A stretch of 52,547 nucleotides of DNA, from positions 1 through 52,547 of the forward strand of contig DKNB01000059.1 of assembly GCA_002470125.1 (NCBI GenBank), in the 5' to 3' direction. The notes beneath the pieces are model-generated. The model did no database searches. It saw only the letters and a list, made by a program, of their open reading frames with translations, and had not been told where the DNA came from. Shown here one piece after another: positions 30,531-41,782 of the stretch (position 1 is the first letter of the stretch; each line of letters begins with the position of its first letter). The stretch comes from Gallionellales bacterium UBA7399 (GTDB lineage: Bacteria; Pseudomonadota; Gammaproteobacteria; Burkholderiales; Gallionellaceae). A program made the position numbers and the translations under genes.

Positions 30531-31511
30531 CTATGGGCGTGTTGTTCTTTTATCCAGATCATCAAGTATGTGTAGCAATGGCCTTAGGTCTGTATAGCGT
30601 TCACAGGCACAGCGCAAGTAATTTAATACTAGTGGCAGGTCCTTGAGGTAATCACTTTTGTTGTCACGAAGATGCAGACGCGCAAAGATCCCCGCCACCT
30701 TTAGATGGCGCTGTACACCCATCCACTCGTAATCCCTAAAGAAATCTGCAAAAACATTGTGAACTGGCAGCCCAGACCGTCGTGCCTTTTCCCAGTAGCG
30801 AATTAGCCAGTCCAGAATTTCGCCCTCTTCCCAGCGGATGTAAGCGTCTTTGAATAACGAGACCAAATCGTAGGTAATTGGCCCGTAGAGCGCATCCTGA
30901 AAGTCTAGGATTCCCGGGCCTGGCTCGCTGATCATTAAGTTACGTGAGTGGTAGTCGCGATGAACAAAGACACGTGGCTGCGCCAGGTTATTTTTAAGAA
31001 TGTGTTGAAGTGTAGTCTTTAGTGCCACGACTTGTTGTTCATTTAATGTGGCATCCAAATATTTTTCAATATACCACTCTTGAAACAATTGCATTTCGCG
31101 CATAAGCAGCTCGCTATCGTACGGAGGTAGCTCACACTCTTGGCTTGCTTGTTGGATATTGATCAGGGCATCAGTGGCATTGCCGTATAGTTCACGTGCA
31201 TTGTCGGAGTTAAGTGTCTGCAGGTAGGTGGCAGTGCCCAAATCAGTCAACAGTAGAAATCCTTGTTCTAGATTCTGTGCCAACACCTGTGGTACATGTA
31301 CGCCCGCTGCGTTAAATAGTTTTGCGACATGTATAAACGGTCGACAGTCCTCATGTTGGGGTGGGGCATCCATTACTATCAGTGTGCGATCAGCGAATGT
31401 GACGCGAAAGTACCGTCGAAAGCTGGCATCGGCAGAGGCTGGAGAAATTTTGAATAAAGTGTCCGGAAACCGGTCTTGTAGCCACACTTTAATCTGCTGT
31501 TGACGTTTCAT
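30531..31511 (-). CDS. amgK: MurNAc/GlcNAc anomeric kinase (APH family)
   Basis: DASFRRYFR, HRDYHSRNL, LDFQDA; divergent from lptD. Confidence 0.9.
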   Translation of the reverse strand: MKRQQQIKVWLQDRFPDTLFKISPASADASFRRYFRVTFADRTLIVMDAPPQHEDCRPFIHVAKLFNAAGVHVPQVLAQNLEQGFLLLTDLGTATYLQTLNSDNARELYGNATDALINIQQASQECELPPYDSELLMREMQLFQEWYIEKYLDATLNEQQVVALKTTLQHILKNNLAQPRVFVHRDYHSRNLMISEPGPGILDFQDALYGPITYDLVSLFKDAYIRWEEGEILDWLIRYWEKARRSGLPVHNVFADFFRDYEWMGVQRHLKVAGIFARLHLRDNKSDYLKDLPLVLNYLRCACERYTDLRPLLHILDDLDKRTTRP

Positions 31512-31580
31512 TGTTGAATTTGGATTGCGTAAATCGTGGATTTGTGCGATTTTAACACCTTAATTTGTCTATCCAGCCCC

Positions 31581-33809
31581 ATGCACTTCCGTTTTTGTAT
31601 CGTTACGCTCTCCCTGCTCTGTAGTTTTGTCTCCACGGCTTACGCCGAGGGTCAATTCTTGCCACTAAAGCTGGATCGCACATTCATGAATACCTCAAAG
31701 GGAGTCGAAGAGACGCCTGCATTTATTACGGCGCAACACATAGAGGGGCAGGCCGATAATCAGGTCACAGCAACCGGTGAGGTTGAGCTACGCAAGCGAG
31801 GGCAGGCCATATTTGCTGATCACGTGGTGTACAAAGAGAGTGATCAGGAGCTGGTTGCTGACGGGGGGGTGCGCATAGAGCGAAGCGGCATTCACGCGCA
31901 AGGCCCCCACCTAAACCTCAATATAGATACAAACATAGGCGACATGCTAAAGCCAGCATTCCAGATCGCCATTAACGGATCACGCGGTAGCGGCAATGTC
32001 TTGCGTATAGAGGGTCGAGAGAACTACACCATAGAGAATGTGATCTACACAACCTGCCCAATCGGTAATGATGATTGGATGCTAAGGGCGAGAACCCTGG
32101 AGATTGATAGCCTTACTCAGTTAGGGACGGCGCGTGACGCGCGAGTTGAATTCATGGGCGTTCCAGTGCTGTACACACCATGGATGGACTTTGCGCTTAA
32201 CGATAAGCGCCAGTCAGGCTTTCTCAGCCCAACATACGGTGCCACTGGCAAGAGCGGTAACGAGCTATCGGTGCCCTACTACTGGAATATCGCACCCAAT
32301 CGCGATGCAACCATTACGCCACGTGTCATGGCTAAGCGTGGAATGATGCTGGGGGACGAGTTGCGTTACATGGGCACAAACTACACCGGCGAGGCTCACC
32401 TGGATGTGCTGCCGAATGATGCGCTTACCAATAGCACCCGCTCTCGTCTGACCCTGAAGCATGCCCAGGATCTGGGCGGTGGGTTCAGTGCATCAACAAA
32501 CATGAATCGCGTGTCGGATGACAACTACTACAAAGACCTAGCGACCTCTGTCAATAGTACGTCGTTAACCAATTTGGTGCGCGAGGGCGCGCTGTCCTAT
32601 AAGGGCGACTGGTGGAATGCCACGACCAAGATGCAGAACTATCAAACCTTGCAGGACCCACTGGCACCAGTAGCCGATCCATATCGGCGCCTACCGCAAA
32701 TAACCCTGGGTGCGGCACGCCCCTTGGTTGGTGGTACTGCGCAGTTTGCCGGGGAGTTCGTAAGCTTTAGTCACCCCACCACCGTAAACGGGCAACGCTT
32801 GGTGCTGTACCCCAGCATGAGCTACCCGTTGGTTGCTACCCCATCTTTTTTTGTGACTCCCAAGGTGGGTGTCCACTACACCGACTATTTGCTGGGCGAA
32901 AATAATTCAGCGGGCCTGCCGAATGCGACGCGCACTTTGCCGATCGCCAGCCTGGATGGCGGTGTGGTGCTGGAGCGTAATTTTAGCCTTAATGAAAAAG
33001 CGTTTACGCAAACACTAGAGCCGCGCGCTTATTTTGTGTATATTCCTTATCGAAATCAGAGCATGTTGCCGAACTTTGATACCGCTCAAGTCGACTTTAA
33101 CTTCGCGCAGATGTTTACCGAAAATCGCTTTGCGGGCAGCGACCGCATTGGAGACGCGAAGCAGCTAACACTGGCGGTCACCTCACGCTTTCTTGATGAG
33201 GAATCTGGTGCCGAGCGACTGCGTGTGGCGTTGGGCCAGCGCTTCAGCTTTGCCACTCCGCAAGTAAACCTGGTCACCCCAGAGACGGCCAGCACCAACA
33301 AGTCAGATATCCTGCTTGCCGTCTTGGGTAAGATAACACCGCAGTGGTCATTAAATAGTGCATTTCAGTACAACCCCAACCAGGCGCGAGAAGAAAAGTT
33401 AAACGTAGGCGCACGTTATCAGCCGGAAAGCGGTAAGGTACTCAATCTTGGCTACCGTTTTACGCGTGACATTACACAGCCAGTGGAGCAGGTGGACATA
33501 TCCACGCAGTGGCCACTGTCAAGACACTGGGGTGTGGTGGCACGCGTAAACTATTCTTTGGCCGACAGGCACCCATTGGAGGTGCTGAGTGGCTTCGAGT
33601 ACAATGAAAGCTGCTGGACAATGCGCTTTGTGACGCAGCAATTTACTACGGCCGCAAAACAAGTCACCACCGGTTTCTTTGTGCAGCTGGAATTAAATGG
33701 TATGGTCAGGATGGGCTCCGATCCTTTCACTGCCTTGCGTCAGAGCATTTCAGGCTTCACCAAGTCAATTCCATCATCAGGTGCACCATTGGAGCAGGGA
33801 TTACGTTAA
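31581..33809 (+). CDS. lptD: LPS-assembly outer-membrane protein
   Basis: Signal peptide, YTTCP, PYYWNIAPNRD, beta-barrel, FFVQLEL; lptD-surA-pdxA-rsmA order. Confidence 0.95.
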   Translation: MHFRFCIVTLSLLCSFVSTAYAEGQFLPLKLDRTFMNTSKGVEETPAFITAQHIEGQADNQVTATGEVELRKRGQAIFADHVVYKESDQELVADGGVRIERSGIHAQGPHLNLNIDTNIGDMLKPAFQIAINGSRGSGNVLRIEGRENYTIENVIYTTCPIGNDDWMLRARTLEIDSLTQLGTARDARVEFMGVPVLYTPWMDFALNDKRQSGFLSPTYGATGKSGNELSVPYYWNIAPNRDATITPRVMAKRGMMLGDELRYMGTNYTGEAHLDVLPNDALTNSTRSRLTLKHAQDLGGGFSASTNMNRVSDDNYYKDLATSVNSTSLTNLVREGALSYKGDWWNATTKMQNYQTLQDPLAPVADPYRRLPQITLGAARPLVGGTAQFAGEFVSFSHPTTVNGQRLVLYPSMSYPLVATPSFFVTPKVGVHYTDYLLGENNSAGLPNATRTLPIASLDGGVVLERNFSLNEKAFTQTLEPRAYFVYIPYRNQSMLPNFDTAQVDFNFAQMFTENRFAGSDRIGDAKQLTLAVTSRFLDEESGAERLRVALGQRFSFATPQVNLVTPETASTNKSDILLAVLGKITPQWSLNSAFQYNPNQAREEKLNVGARYQPESGKVLNLGYRFTRDITQPVEQVDISTQWPLSRHWGVVARVNYSLADRHPLEVLSGFEYNESCWTMRFVTQQFTTAAKQVTTGFFVQLELNGMVRMGSDPFTALRQSISGFTKSIPSSGAPLEQGLR

Positions 33810-33826
33810 CCGGTTATTGTCAGGGA

Positions 33827-35242
33827 ATGAATACTATGTCGTACGTTAAGTTGGTGCCGATACTTCTGCTATCGTTGGTCTGCACAACCAACGTCTTGGC
33901 TACTGGCCTACACAATCCAACAGATGCCAAGAAGGAGGTTAGGCTGCAAGCTCAGGGCGTGCCGGCGATCTCTGATCCGAAAGTCGCGGACCAAACGCAA
34001 AAAATTGTATTGCAAAGTAAAGGAATGTCGATCGATCAAGTCGTCGTAACGGTCAACAATGATGCGATTACCCGTTTTGAGCTGGAGGATCGACTAGCTG
34101 CCGTAGAGCGTCAGCTGAAAAAGCAGGGAACGGCCCTGCCTGCTATGGAAATGCTAAAGAAGCAGCTGTTGGAGCGAATGATAACCGAGATGCTGCAAGC
34201 TCAGCTTGCCAAGGAAACGGGAGTGCGTGTTGACGATGTTCAGCTTGACAAGGCACTGCAGGGCATTGCAAAAGAGAATAAATTTTCATCGATAGAAGAG
34301 TTTCGCACTAAGGTGGAAAAAGAGGGTGTGGATTTTAAAAAATTTCGTGAAGAAATTCGTGGCGAAATTGTTGCCACTCGTCTGCGAGAGCGCGAAGTGG
34401 ACAGCAAGCTGGTAATTGGAGAGGGTGAAATTGATAATTACCTGCTAAATCAAGCCAAGCAGCCAAGCAAGGGCGAGGAATTTAATTTGGCGCACATTTT
34501 AGTGGTAATACCAGAGCAGGCTAGTGCCGATAAGATTCAAGCTGCCAAGCAGCGTGCCGAGCAAGCTCTGGGGCAATTGCGTAGTGGCAAAGAATTTGCG
34601 CAGGTGGCGGCAGGCTTTTCGGATGCCAAGGATGCACTGGAGGGTGGAAATTTAGGCTGGCGCTCGCTCGATCGCACCCCTGCCATCTTTGCGGAGATAC
34701 TTCAGAAGATGTCTTCTGGCGAGACCAGCTCAGTGTTCCGTAGTCCAAACGGCTTTCATATTGTTAGACTGCTTGAAAAGCGCAGCAAGGACAGTCCGGC
34801 AGTGGTCACGCAGTCACAGACGCGACATATTTTAATAAAAACAAGCGAACTGATGCCGGATAACGAAGCCAAGCAGCGCCTGCTAGTGATCAAAGAGAGG
34901 ATAGAGAAGGGGGCTGACTTTGCAAAGCAAGCCAAGCTTTATTCAGAGGATGGCAGTGCCACCCAGGGTGGCGATCTGGGCTGGATCTCGCCCGGCGATA
35001 CCGTGCCTGAGTTTGAGAGTGCGATGAATAAATTAGAAATCGGAAAGGTGAGTGATGCGGTACAGTCCGGCTTTGGTTGGCACCTTATCCAGGTGACGGA
35101 TCGTCGCAGCACCGATGTAAGCGTAAAACAAAAAAGACAGCAGGCGCAAATGGCGATACGCACCAATAAATCTGATGCTGCATACCAGGACTGGGTGCAC
35201 CAACTGCGTGATGGGGCTACCATCGAGTACCGCTCCGAATAG
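33827..35242 (+). CDS. surA: Periplasmic chaperone/PPIase SurA
   Basis: Signal peptide, VNNDAIT, two parvulin domains (HIL...GGNLGW, RHIL...GGDLGW). Confidence 0.95.
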   Translation: MNTMSYVKLVPILLLSLVCTTNVLATGLHNPTDAKKEVRLQAQGVPAISDPKVADQTQKIVLQSKGMSIDQVVVTVNNDAITRFELEDRLAAVERQLKKQGTALPAMEMLKKQLLERMITEMLQAQLAKETGVRVDDVQLDKALQGIAKENKFSSIEEFRTKVEKEGVDFKKFREEIRGEIVATRLREREVDSKLVIGEGEIDNYLLNQAKQPSKGEEFNLAHILVVIPEQASADKIQAAKQRAEQALGQLRSGKEFAQVAAGFSDAKDALEGGNLGWRSLDRTPAIFAEILQKMSSGETSSVFRSPNGFHIVRLLEKRSKDSPAVVTQSQTRHILIKTSELMPDNEAKQRLLVIKERIEKGADFAKQAKLYSEDGSATQGGDLGWISPGDTVPEFESAMNKLEIGKVSDAVQSGFGWHLIQVTDRRSTDVSVKQKRQQAQMAIRTNKSDAAYQDWVHQLRDGATIEYRSE

Positions 35243-35264
35243 GCAGTCCAATAGGCGCCCAGTG

Positions 35265-36245
35265 ATGCAGAAACCTCTGTTGGCCGTTACCACTGGTGAG
35301 CCTGCTGGCGTGGGTCCAGATCTTTGTCTGCGGTTGGCGCGGAGTGATCAAGCGGTGGTGGTATTGGCAGACAAGGTCTTGCTGCAAGAACGCGCGACCT
35401 TGCTTGGGTTGGACATTCGACTGCATGATTATGACTCACGAAACACGGAGCCCCTACAAGTCGGTCACTTGCGTGTGCTACACATACCGACGATGCGTGC
35501 AGTATGCGCAGGCCAGCTGGATTCAGCTAACAGCCCCTACGTCCTTGAGTTGCTTGTTCGTGCGATAAAGGGTTGCCAGTCTGGTGAATTTGCGGGTATG
35601 GTCACGTTGCCTGTGCACAAGGGCATCATTAATGATGCTGGCATTCGCTTTACCGGGCACACTGAGTTTTTGGCAGACCAGCTGCACGTTAGGCAGGTGG
35701 TTATGATGCTCGTCGGTGGCGGGCTTCGTGTGGCGCTGGCCACTACGCACCTACCCCTGAGGCAGGTCCCCGCCGCACTGACACCTGAGTTATTGGAGAG
35801 CGTATTGCGCGTTGTTCAGTGCGATCTGGTGCAGCGCTTTGGTATCGCTAAGCCACGAATCTTTGTTGCGGGACTCAACCCTCATGCGGGTGAAAGAGGG
35901 TACCTCGGGCGTGAGGAGATTGACATAATGATCCCGGTGTTAGATCGATTGCGTGCGCAAGGCATGAATGTCAGCCCCCCATTGCCCGCCGACACACTCT
36001 TTACACCAACGCGGCTAGAGCAATGCGACTGCGTACTGGCCATGTACCACGACCAGGGGCTGCCAGTCTTAAAACACGTTAGTTTTGGGAATGGCGTTAA
36101 TGTGACGCTAGGCCTGCCAATTGTTCGCACCTCCGTAGACCATGGTACGGCTATAGAGTTGGCTGGCAGCGGACGTGCAAATTCAGGCAGCCTACTTGAG
36201 GCGGTTCAAATGGCGGAAGATATGGCGTTGCGATCGATTGCATAG
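35265..36245 (+). CDS. pdxA: 4-hydroxythreonine-4-phosphate dehydrogenase
   Basis: GEPAGVGP, FTGHTE, LNPHAGE, AMYHDQG, RTSVDHGTA; ATG at 35265. Confidence 0.96.
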   Translation: MQKPLLAVTTGEPAGVGPDLCLRLARSDQAVVVLADKVLLQERATLLGLDIRLHDYDSRNTEPLQVGHLRVLHIPTMRAVCAGQLDSANSPYVLELLVRAIKGCQSGEFAGMVTLPVHKGIINDAGIRFTGHTEFLADQLHVRQVVMMLVGGGLRVALATTHLPLRQVPAALTPELLESVLRVVQCDLVQRFGIAKPRIFVAGLNPHAGERGYLGREEIDIMIPVLDRLRAQGMNVSPPLPADTLFTPTRLEQCDCVLAMYHDQGLPVLKHVSFGNGVNVTLGLPIVRTSVDHGTAIELAGSGRANSGSLLEAVQMAEDMALRSIA

Positions 36246-36347
36246 CTGCGCCCCTATAAAGCATGGCCACACAGCCCTTAAAAAGCGAGAGACCAATTGT
36301 TGGTCGGTATTTGTGCGTAAGTCAAAATAAGGTCTGTCACTATTTCA

Positions 36348-37109
36348 ATGCACAAGGCACGTAAAAGATTTGGTCAGAATTTCTTAGTGGACGAGAGGGT
36401 GATCGCTGACATTGTCCGCGCTATTGGGCCAGAGACCGATGACATTATGGTGGAAATTGGGCCTGGTCTTGGCGCGTTAACCGGGCCTTTGCTGCAGCGG
36501 CTGAGTCAACTTCATGTTGTGGAGATTGACCGTGACATTATCGCGCACCTGGAAAGAGCGTACCCACAAGACAGGCTCATCATTCATGCGGGTGACGCAC
36601 TTAAGTTTGATCTAACCCAGCTGCCAGAATCCTTGCGAATTGTCGGCAACTTGCCATACAACATCTCTTCGCCGCTGCTATTTTATTTTTCTGAATACCG
36701 AAAACGTATATACGACATGCACTTTATGTTGCAGAACGAGGTGGTGGAGCGCATGGTGGCTCAGCCATCAACTCCAGCCTACGGCAGGCTGTCGGTTATG
36801 CTGCAGTATCGTTTTTATATGGAGAAGTTGCTTGACGTTCCGCCTGAGGCGTTTTCTCCTTCGCCCAAGGTGAATTCCGCTATTGTGCGCATGATTCCGC
36901 TGCCTGCGAGTGAGGTGCTGGTGCAGAATGAAGCGTTATTTTCGCAGATTGTCGCCGCCGCCTTTGGGCAGAGGCGGAAGACATTGCGTAACACGCTTAA
37001 GGGATACCTGACGGAGGATGACTTTGTTCGACTCGGTATAGATGCACAGCTCCGTGCAGAAAACCTAGGGGTGGCAGAATTTGCTCGTATCACCAAGGAG
37101 TGCCATTGA
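36348..37109 (+). CDS. rsmA: 16S rRNA dimethyladenosine transferase
   Basis: [31 protein letters not shown]. Confidence 0.97.
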   Translation: MHKARKRFGQNFLVDERVIADIVRAIGPETDDIMVEIGPGLGALTGPLLQRLSQLHVVEIDRDIIAHLERAYPQDRLIIHAGDALKFDLTQLPESLRIVGNLPYNISSPLLFYFSEYRKRIYDMHFMLQNEVVERMVAQPSTPAYGRLSVMLQYRFYMEKLLDVPPEAFSPSPKVNSAIVRMIPLPASEVLVQNEALFSQIVAAAFGQRRKTLRNTLKGYLTEDDFVRLGIDAQLRAENLGVAEFARITKECH

Positions 37110-37213
37110 TACGCGTCGCATAATCTAGCGCACGCACGTCACCATGATCACACACGTGCATTTTTGTAGGGTGTCCACGCTATAATGCACGCTATTACCT
37201 AGAGATTATTCTT

Positions 37214-37930
37214 ATGCGCCCCAGCCAACGACAAGCCAATCAACTTCGCCAGGTTGAGATCACGCGTCACTATATTAAACACGCCGAAGGATCGGTGCTG
37301 TTCACCTGTGGCGATACGAAGGTAATTTGCACCGCAAGCGTAGAGGACCGCGTTCCGCCACACAAAAAAGGCTCTGGCGAGGGCTGGGTTACGGCAGAGT
37401 ATGGCATGTTGCCACGCTCCACTGGTAGCCGCATGGGACGCGAGGCAGCCAAAGGAAAGCAGTCCGGACGTACGCAAGAGATTCAGCGTCTGATCGGGCG
37501 TAGCCTGCGCTCCGTGGTGGATTTAAAGAAATTGGGTGAACGCACTATTCAGGTGGATTGCGATGTGATCCAAGCCGACGGAGGTACGCGTACCGCTAGC
37601 ATTACCGGTGCCTTTGTTGCCTTGCACGATGCGGTCAGCGGACTGATCAGGCAGGACCTGGTTGGGCAGGGTGTGCTAAGTGGGTTCGTTGCCGCAATTT
37701 CGGTAGGCATGTACCATGGCGCACCGGTGCTCGATCTTGATTATGCAGAAGACTCTGCATGTGACACCGATATGAATGTGGTCATGACCAGTGCGGGGCA
37801 GCTTATAGAGGTGCAGGGTACGGCAGAGGGGCAGCCCTTTAGTCGCACTGAGATGGATGCCATGCTAGACCTGGCGCAATCTGGTATCACCCAATTAATT
37901 GAGATGCAGCATGTGGCACTAAAGGGTTAG
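37214..37930 (+). CDS. rph: Ribonuclease PH
   Basis: [28 protein letters not shown]; TATAAT at 37181-37186 upstream. Confidence 0.97.
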   Translation: MRPSQRQANQLRQVEITRHYIKHAEGSVLFTCGDTKVICTASVEDRVPPHKKGSGEGWVTAEYGMLPRSTGSRMGREAAKGKQSGRTQEIQRLIGRSLRSVVDLKKLGERTIQVDCDVIQADGGTRTASITGAFVALHDAVSGLIRQDLVGQGVLSGFVAAISVGMYHGAPVLDLDYAEDSACDTDMNVVMTSAGQLIEVQGTAEGQPFSRTEMDAMLDLAQSGITQLIEMQHVALKG

Positions 37931-37936
37931 CCTGCC

Positions 37937-38530
37937 GTGCAAAAGCTAATCCTTTCCTCAAGCAATCCTGGAAAGCTACGTGAGTTACGCTCGGCACTTG
38001 CGCCGTTTGTTGCGGAAATGCTCACGCAGGACGAGCTTGGCATTGGGGAGACCAAGGAGCCCCATAATACGTTTGTTGAAAATGCGCTAGCTAAAGCACG
38101 ACACGCTAGTCGCGCCAGTGGGCTGCCTGCGCTGGCGGATGACTCCGGTATATGTGTGGTTGCCCTGGGAGGTGCGCCCGGTGTCTTATCTGCGAGATAT
38201 GCGGGCGAGCCAACCTCAGATGCTCGTAACAATGAAAAATTGCTGCAGGTGATGAAGGGGGTGGCCGACCGACGTGCATATTACTATTGCACTCTAGTTT
38301 TGGTGCGCCATGCAGATGACCCGCAGCCATTAATTGCGGAGGGCGAGTGGCATGGTGAGGTTGCCAGACAGACACTTGGGGAGGGTGGCTTTGGCTACGA
38401 CCCTTTGTTCTGGTTGCCACAGCTTAACAAGATGAGTGCAGAATTAAGTTACGACACGAAGGCGGCGCTTAGCCACCGCGCACAGGCGCTACAGGGTTTG
38501 TTACAAAAATTGCGTACAGCGGAATATTGA
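37937..38530 (+). CDS. rdgB: dITP/XTP pyrophosphatase
   Basis: SNPGKLRE, ADDSG, GFGYDP, SHRA; GTG start. Confidence 0.95.
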   Translation: MQKLILSSSNPGKLRELRSALAPFVAEMLTQDELGIGETKEPHNTFVENALAKARHASRASGLPALADDSGICVVALGGAPGVLSARYAGEPTSDARNNEKLLQVMKGVADRRAYYYCTLVLVRHADDPQPLIAEGEWHGEVARQTLGEGGFGYDPLFWLPQLNKMSAELSYDTKAALSHRAQALQGLLQKLRTAEY

Positions 38531-38588
38531 TTCAGGACTGGCACGGGGAGACTTGGGTCATTATTCTATTTATAGAATAATGACCTGG

Positions 38589-39062
38589 TTACTGCTTGTG
38601 GCAGTGCGCCCTACCCTGTTTTTCTAGGTACTGCTGGTGATACTCTTCGGCAGGATGGTAGGTCGCGCAGGCCGTGATTTCGGTAACTATCACCTGATCG
38701 TGTTGCCCACCATTTTCTTGCTGCGCCTTTGAAGCGCTTGCGGTGGCCTGCTGCTCTGAAGAGTGAAAGAATATTGCGGAGCGGTACTGCGTGCCAACGT
38801 CAGGCCCCTGGCGGTTGAGTTGCGTTGGATCGTGGCACTGCCAAAAAATTTGGAGTAACTGTGCGTAGCTGACCTCCTTGGGATTAAAGGTGACCCGGGT
38901 TGCCTCTGCGTGACCGCTGGTGCCAGCACATACCTCATTGTAGGTTGGGTTGGCGGTCATTCCGCCGATGTACCCGACGCTGGTCGTGTGCACGCCAGGG
39001 ACCCCTCTAAATGCGGCCTCTACGCCCCAAAAACATCCTGCTGCAAAGGTTGCCTGTTCCAT
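38589..39062 (-). CDS. msrA: Peptide-methionine (S)-S-oxide reductase
   Basis: GCFWG catalytic motif, GHAE, GTQYRS, AEEYHQQY; RBS AAGGA upstream. Confidence 0.96.
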   Translation of the reverse strand: MEQATFAAGCFWGVEAAFRGVPGVHTTSVGYIGGMTANPTYNEVCAGTSGHAEATRVTFNPKEVSYAQLLQIFWQCHDPTQLNRQGPDVGTQYRSAIFFHSSEQQATASASKAQQENGGQHDQVIVTEITACATYHPAEEYHQQYLEKQGRAHCHKQ

Positions 39063-39092
39063 GTTGTCCTTTCGGTTGAGATAATTGTGCCC

Positions 39093-40292
39093 ATGAATGT
39101 TAACGTTTTACACCCGCTGACCTCAAAGACGCAAGGGCTAAGCTTTAAGGTGCTGCCACCATTGTCTTTATATATTCACATTCCCTGGTGTGTACGCAAG
39201 TGCGCGTACTGTGACTTTAACTCACACGAGGTACGTGAGACGCTGCCAGAGCAAGAGTACGTGGCGGCACTGATACGTGATTTGGAGATGGCGTTGCCTC
39301 AAATATGGGGACGCAAGGTATACACCGTGTTTATTGGCGGCGGGACACCCAGTTTATTCTCTGCTCAGGCCATTGAGAAAATCATCAGCGCGGTACGCAT
39401 GCTGCTGCCGTTAGATTATGACGCGGAAATTACATTAGAGGCCAACCCAGGCACGTTGGAGGCGGACAAGTTTGCACGCTTTTATGAGGCGGGCGTAAAC
39501 AGGTTATCACTCGGCATTCAGAGCTTTAACGATGTCCACCTAAAGGCGCTCGGGCGCATTCACGACGGGTCACAGGCACGACGTGCGGTGGAGATGGCAC
39601 AGAAAATCTTTGGTAACATCAACCTTGATTTGATGTACGGTCTGCCGCTACAGACCACAGCAGAGGCGGTACAAGATCTCCACGCCGCCCTAGAATTTGC
39701 GCCACAACATTTGTCCTGTTACAACCTCACGTTGGAGCCGAACACACTCTTCCATCGCTATCCACCACCCCTGCCAGACAGCGATGTGTGCGCTTCCATG
39801 CAGCTAGATGTGGAGCGCGTGTTGGCCACGCAAAACTACCAGCACTATGAAACCTCAGCGTTCGCACGTCCAAAAAAACAGGCACGACACAATCTTAATT
39901 ATTGGCAGTTTGGTGATTATCTGGGTATAGGAGCTGGAGCGCATAGTAAGTTAAGTTTCCCGGATAGGGTGATAAGGCAGGTACGACACAAGCAGCCACG
40001 AACCTACCTAGAGCAGGTGGCGCATGGCCTGCCCGTTCAGGAGGGACATGCGGTGAGACGCGAAGAACTGCCGTTTGAGTTTATGATGAACGCGTTGCGC
40101 CTGAACCAGGGCTTCGCCAGCACCCTATTCTCCGAGCGTACCAGCCTATCGTTGTTGTTAATTGGTGGCGAGCTAGCGCAGGCAGAGCAACGTGGCCTCA
40201 TTGAGCGTGACCTACAGCGCATTGTTCCGACCGAGCTTGGACGAAATTTTTTGAATGACCTGCTGCAGATTTTTCTGCGAGAGCAGCGTTGA
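39093..40292 (+). CDS. hemW: Radical-SAM heme chaperone
   Basis: YIHIPWCVRKCAYCDFNS, GGGTPS, HNLNYW; ATG at 39093. Confidence 0.93.
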   Translation: MNVNVLHPLTSKTQGLSFKVLPPLSLYIHIPWCVRKCAYCDFNSHEVRETLPEQEYVAALIRDLEMALPQIWGRKVYTVFIGGGTPSLFSAQAIEKIISAVRMLLPLDYDAEITLEANPGTLEADKFARFYEAGVNRLSLGIQSFNDVHLKALGRIHDGSQARRAVEMAQKIFGNINLDLMYGLPLQTTAEAVQDLHAALEFAPQHLSCYNLTLEPNTLFHRYPPPLPDSDVCASMQLDVERVLATQNYQHYETSAFARPKKQARHNLNYWQFGDYLGIGAGAHSKLSFPDRVIRQVRHKQPRTYLEQVAHGLPVQEGHAVRREELPFEFMMNALRLNQGFASTLFSERTSLSLLLIGGELAQAEQRGLIERDLQRIVPTELGRNFLNDLLQIFLREQR

Positions 40293-40309
40293 TGGGGGTG
40301 CGGGCCTGA

Positions 40310-40987
40310 CTAGTTTCTTTTGAATACCACGTCCCAAACGCCATGACCCAGTCGCAGGCCGCGTTTTTCAAATTTAGTGAGCGGACGATAGGGCGGGCGA
40401 GGCGCGTAACCGACAGCGGTGTTGCTGAGCATCTCTTCGCCAACCAGCAGGGAGAGTATTTGTTCAGCGTAGCTCTGCCAGTCGGTGGCAACATGAATGT
40501 ACCCGCCCTGCTTGAGCTTAGTGACCAGTTGCTTTACCAGCCCGACTTGTATCAGGCGGCGTTTGTTGTGGCGCGTCTTATGCCACGGGTCTGGAAAGAA
40601 TATGTGTACACCGTCTAGCGCGCTGTCGGCCAGCATGTCCCGCAACACCTCAACCGCATCATGTTGAATGACGCGAACATTCTTTAGGCCAAGCTCTTGA
40701 ATTTGTTTTAGTAAGCTGCCAACGCCAGGGGCGTGAACATCAATGGCTAGGTAATCATTTTGTGGATGCGCTTGAGCGATGGCGGCAGTGGTCTCACCCA
40801 TCCCAAATCCAATCTCAAGTATCTTGGTTGCCGACCTGCCAAAGATACAATTCAGGTCCAGTGGTTGCGGAAGATAGGGGACCCCGTACACTGGCAGCAG
40901 TGTCTCGAGGCAACGGCGCTGTGCGCTGGAGATGTATCCCTGCCGAAGTACGTAGCTGCGAATGTGCGTGGAGCGTTGGTGCATCAA
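40310..40987 (-). CDS. trmB: tRNA (guanine-46-N7)-methyltransferase
   Basis: [30 protein letters not shown]. Confidence 0.96.
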   Translation of the reverse strand: MMHQRSTHIRSYVLRQGYISSAQRRCLETLLPVYGVPYLPQPLDLNCIFGRSATKILEIGFGMGETTAAIAQAHPQNDYLAIDVHAPGVGSLLKQIQELGLKNVRVIQHDAVEVLRDMLADSALDGVHIFFPDPWHKTRHNKRRLIQVGLVKQLVTKLKQGGYIHVATDWQSYAEQILSLLVGEEMLSNTAVGYAPRPPYRPLTKFEKRGLRLGHGVWDVVFKRN

Positions 40988-41769
40988 CTAATTAGTCCGT
41001 CGCTCGGCGAGCTGGGCGACGCGCTGTACAGCCTCCTTGGCATGCGCCCAGCCAGGAAGGCCATGCGCCCAGCCTTGACGGCCTGCTCCATGGCTGAGGC
41101 CATCAATACAGGGTTTTGTGCGGCAGCAATGGCGGTGTTCATCAGCACGCCATGGCAGCCCAGCTCCATTGCGATGGCTGCATCGGAGGCGGTACCCACC
41201 CCCGCGTCGACAATAACAGGCACCCGCACGCGATCTACAATGAGCTGCAAGTTTAATGGGTTAAGGATGCCCATGCCGGAGCCGATTAGTGAAGCCAGTG
41301 GCATGATGGCAACGCAGCCGATGTCCTCCAATGTCTGTGCGACGATGGGGTCGTCTGAGGTGTACGCCATTACCTTAAATCCATCCGCCACCAGCGTTTT
41401 TGCGGCGGCCAGAGTCTCCACCACATTCGGGTATAGTGACTGAGGGTCACCCAGCACCTCCAGCTTAACCAGGCTGTGCCCGTCCAGCAGCTCGCGCGCA
41501 AGGTGCAGGGTGCGTACAGCCTCCTCCGCGGTGTAGCAGCCCGCCGTGTTGGGTAGCAGGGTGTACTTGGATGGGGAGATGATGTCCAGCAAGCTGGGCT
41601 CGCCCGTGCTCTGCCCGATATTGTTACGACGGATGGCAATGGTGACGATCTCGGCACCACTAGCCTCGATCGCCGCCTGCATTTCGCCAGGGCTCTTGTA
41701 TTTTCCGGTGCCGACGAGGAGGCGCGAGCTATAGCTTTTGCCTGCGATAAGGATTGCGTCCTTGCTCAT
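40984..41769 (-). CDS. thiG: Thiazole synthase
   Basis: [31 protein letters not shown]; ATG at 41769 with RBS GGAG. Confidence 0.96.
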   Translation of the reverse strand: MSKDAILIAGKSYSSRLLVGTGKYKSPGEMQAAIEASGAEIVTIAIRRNNIGQSTGEPSLLDIISPSKYTLLPNTAGCYTAEEAVRTLHLARELLDGHSLVKLEVLGDPQSLYPNVVETLAAAKTLVADGFKVMAYTSDDPIVAQTLEDIGCVAIMPLASLIGSGMGILNPLNLQLIVDRVRVPVIVDAGVGTASDAAIAMELGCHGVLMNTAIAAAQNPVLMASAMEQAVKAGRMAFLAGRMPRRLYSASPSSPSDGLIS

Positions 41770-41782
41770 GGTGTGCTCCATA

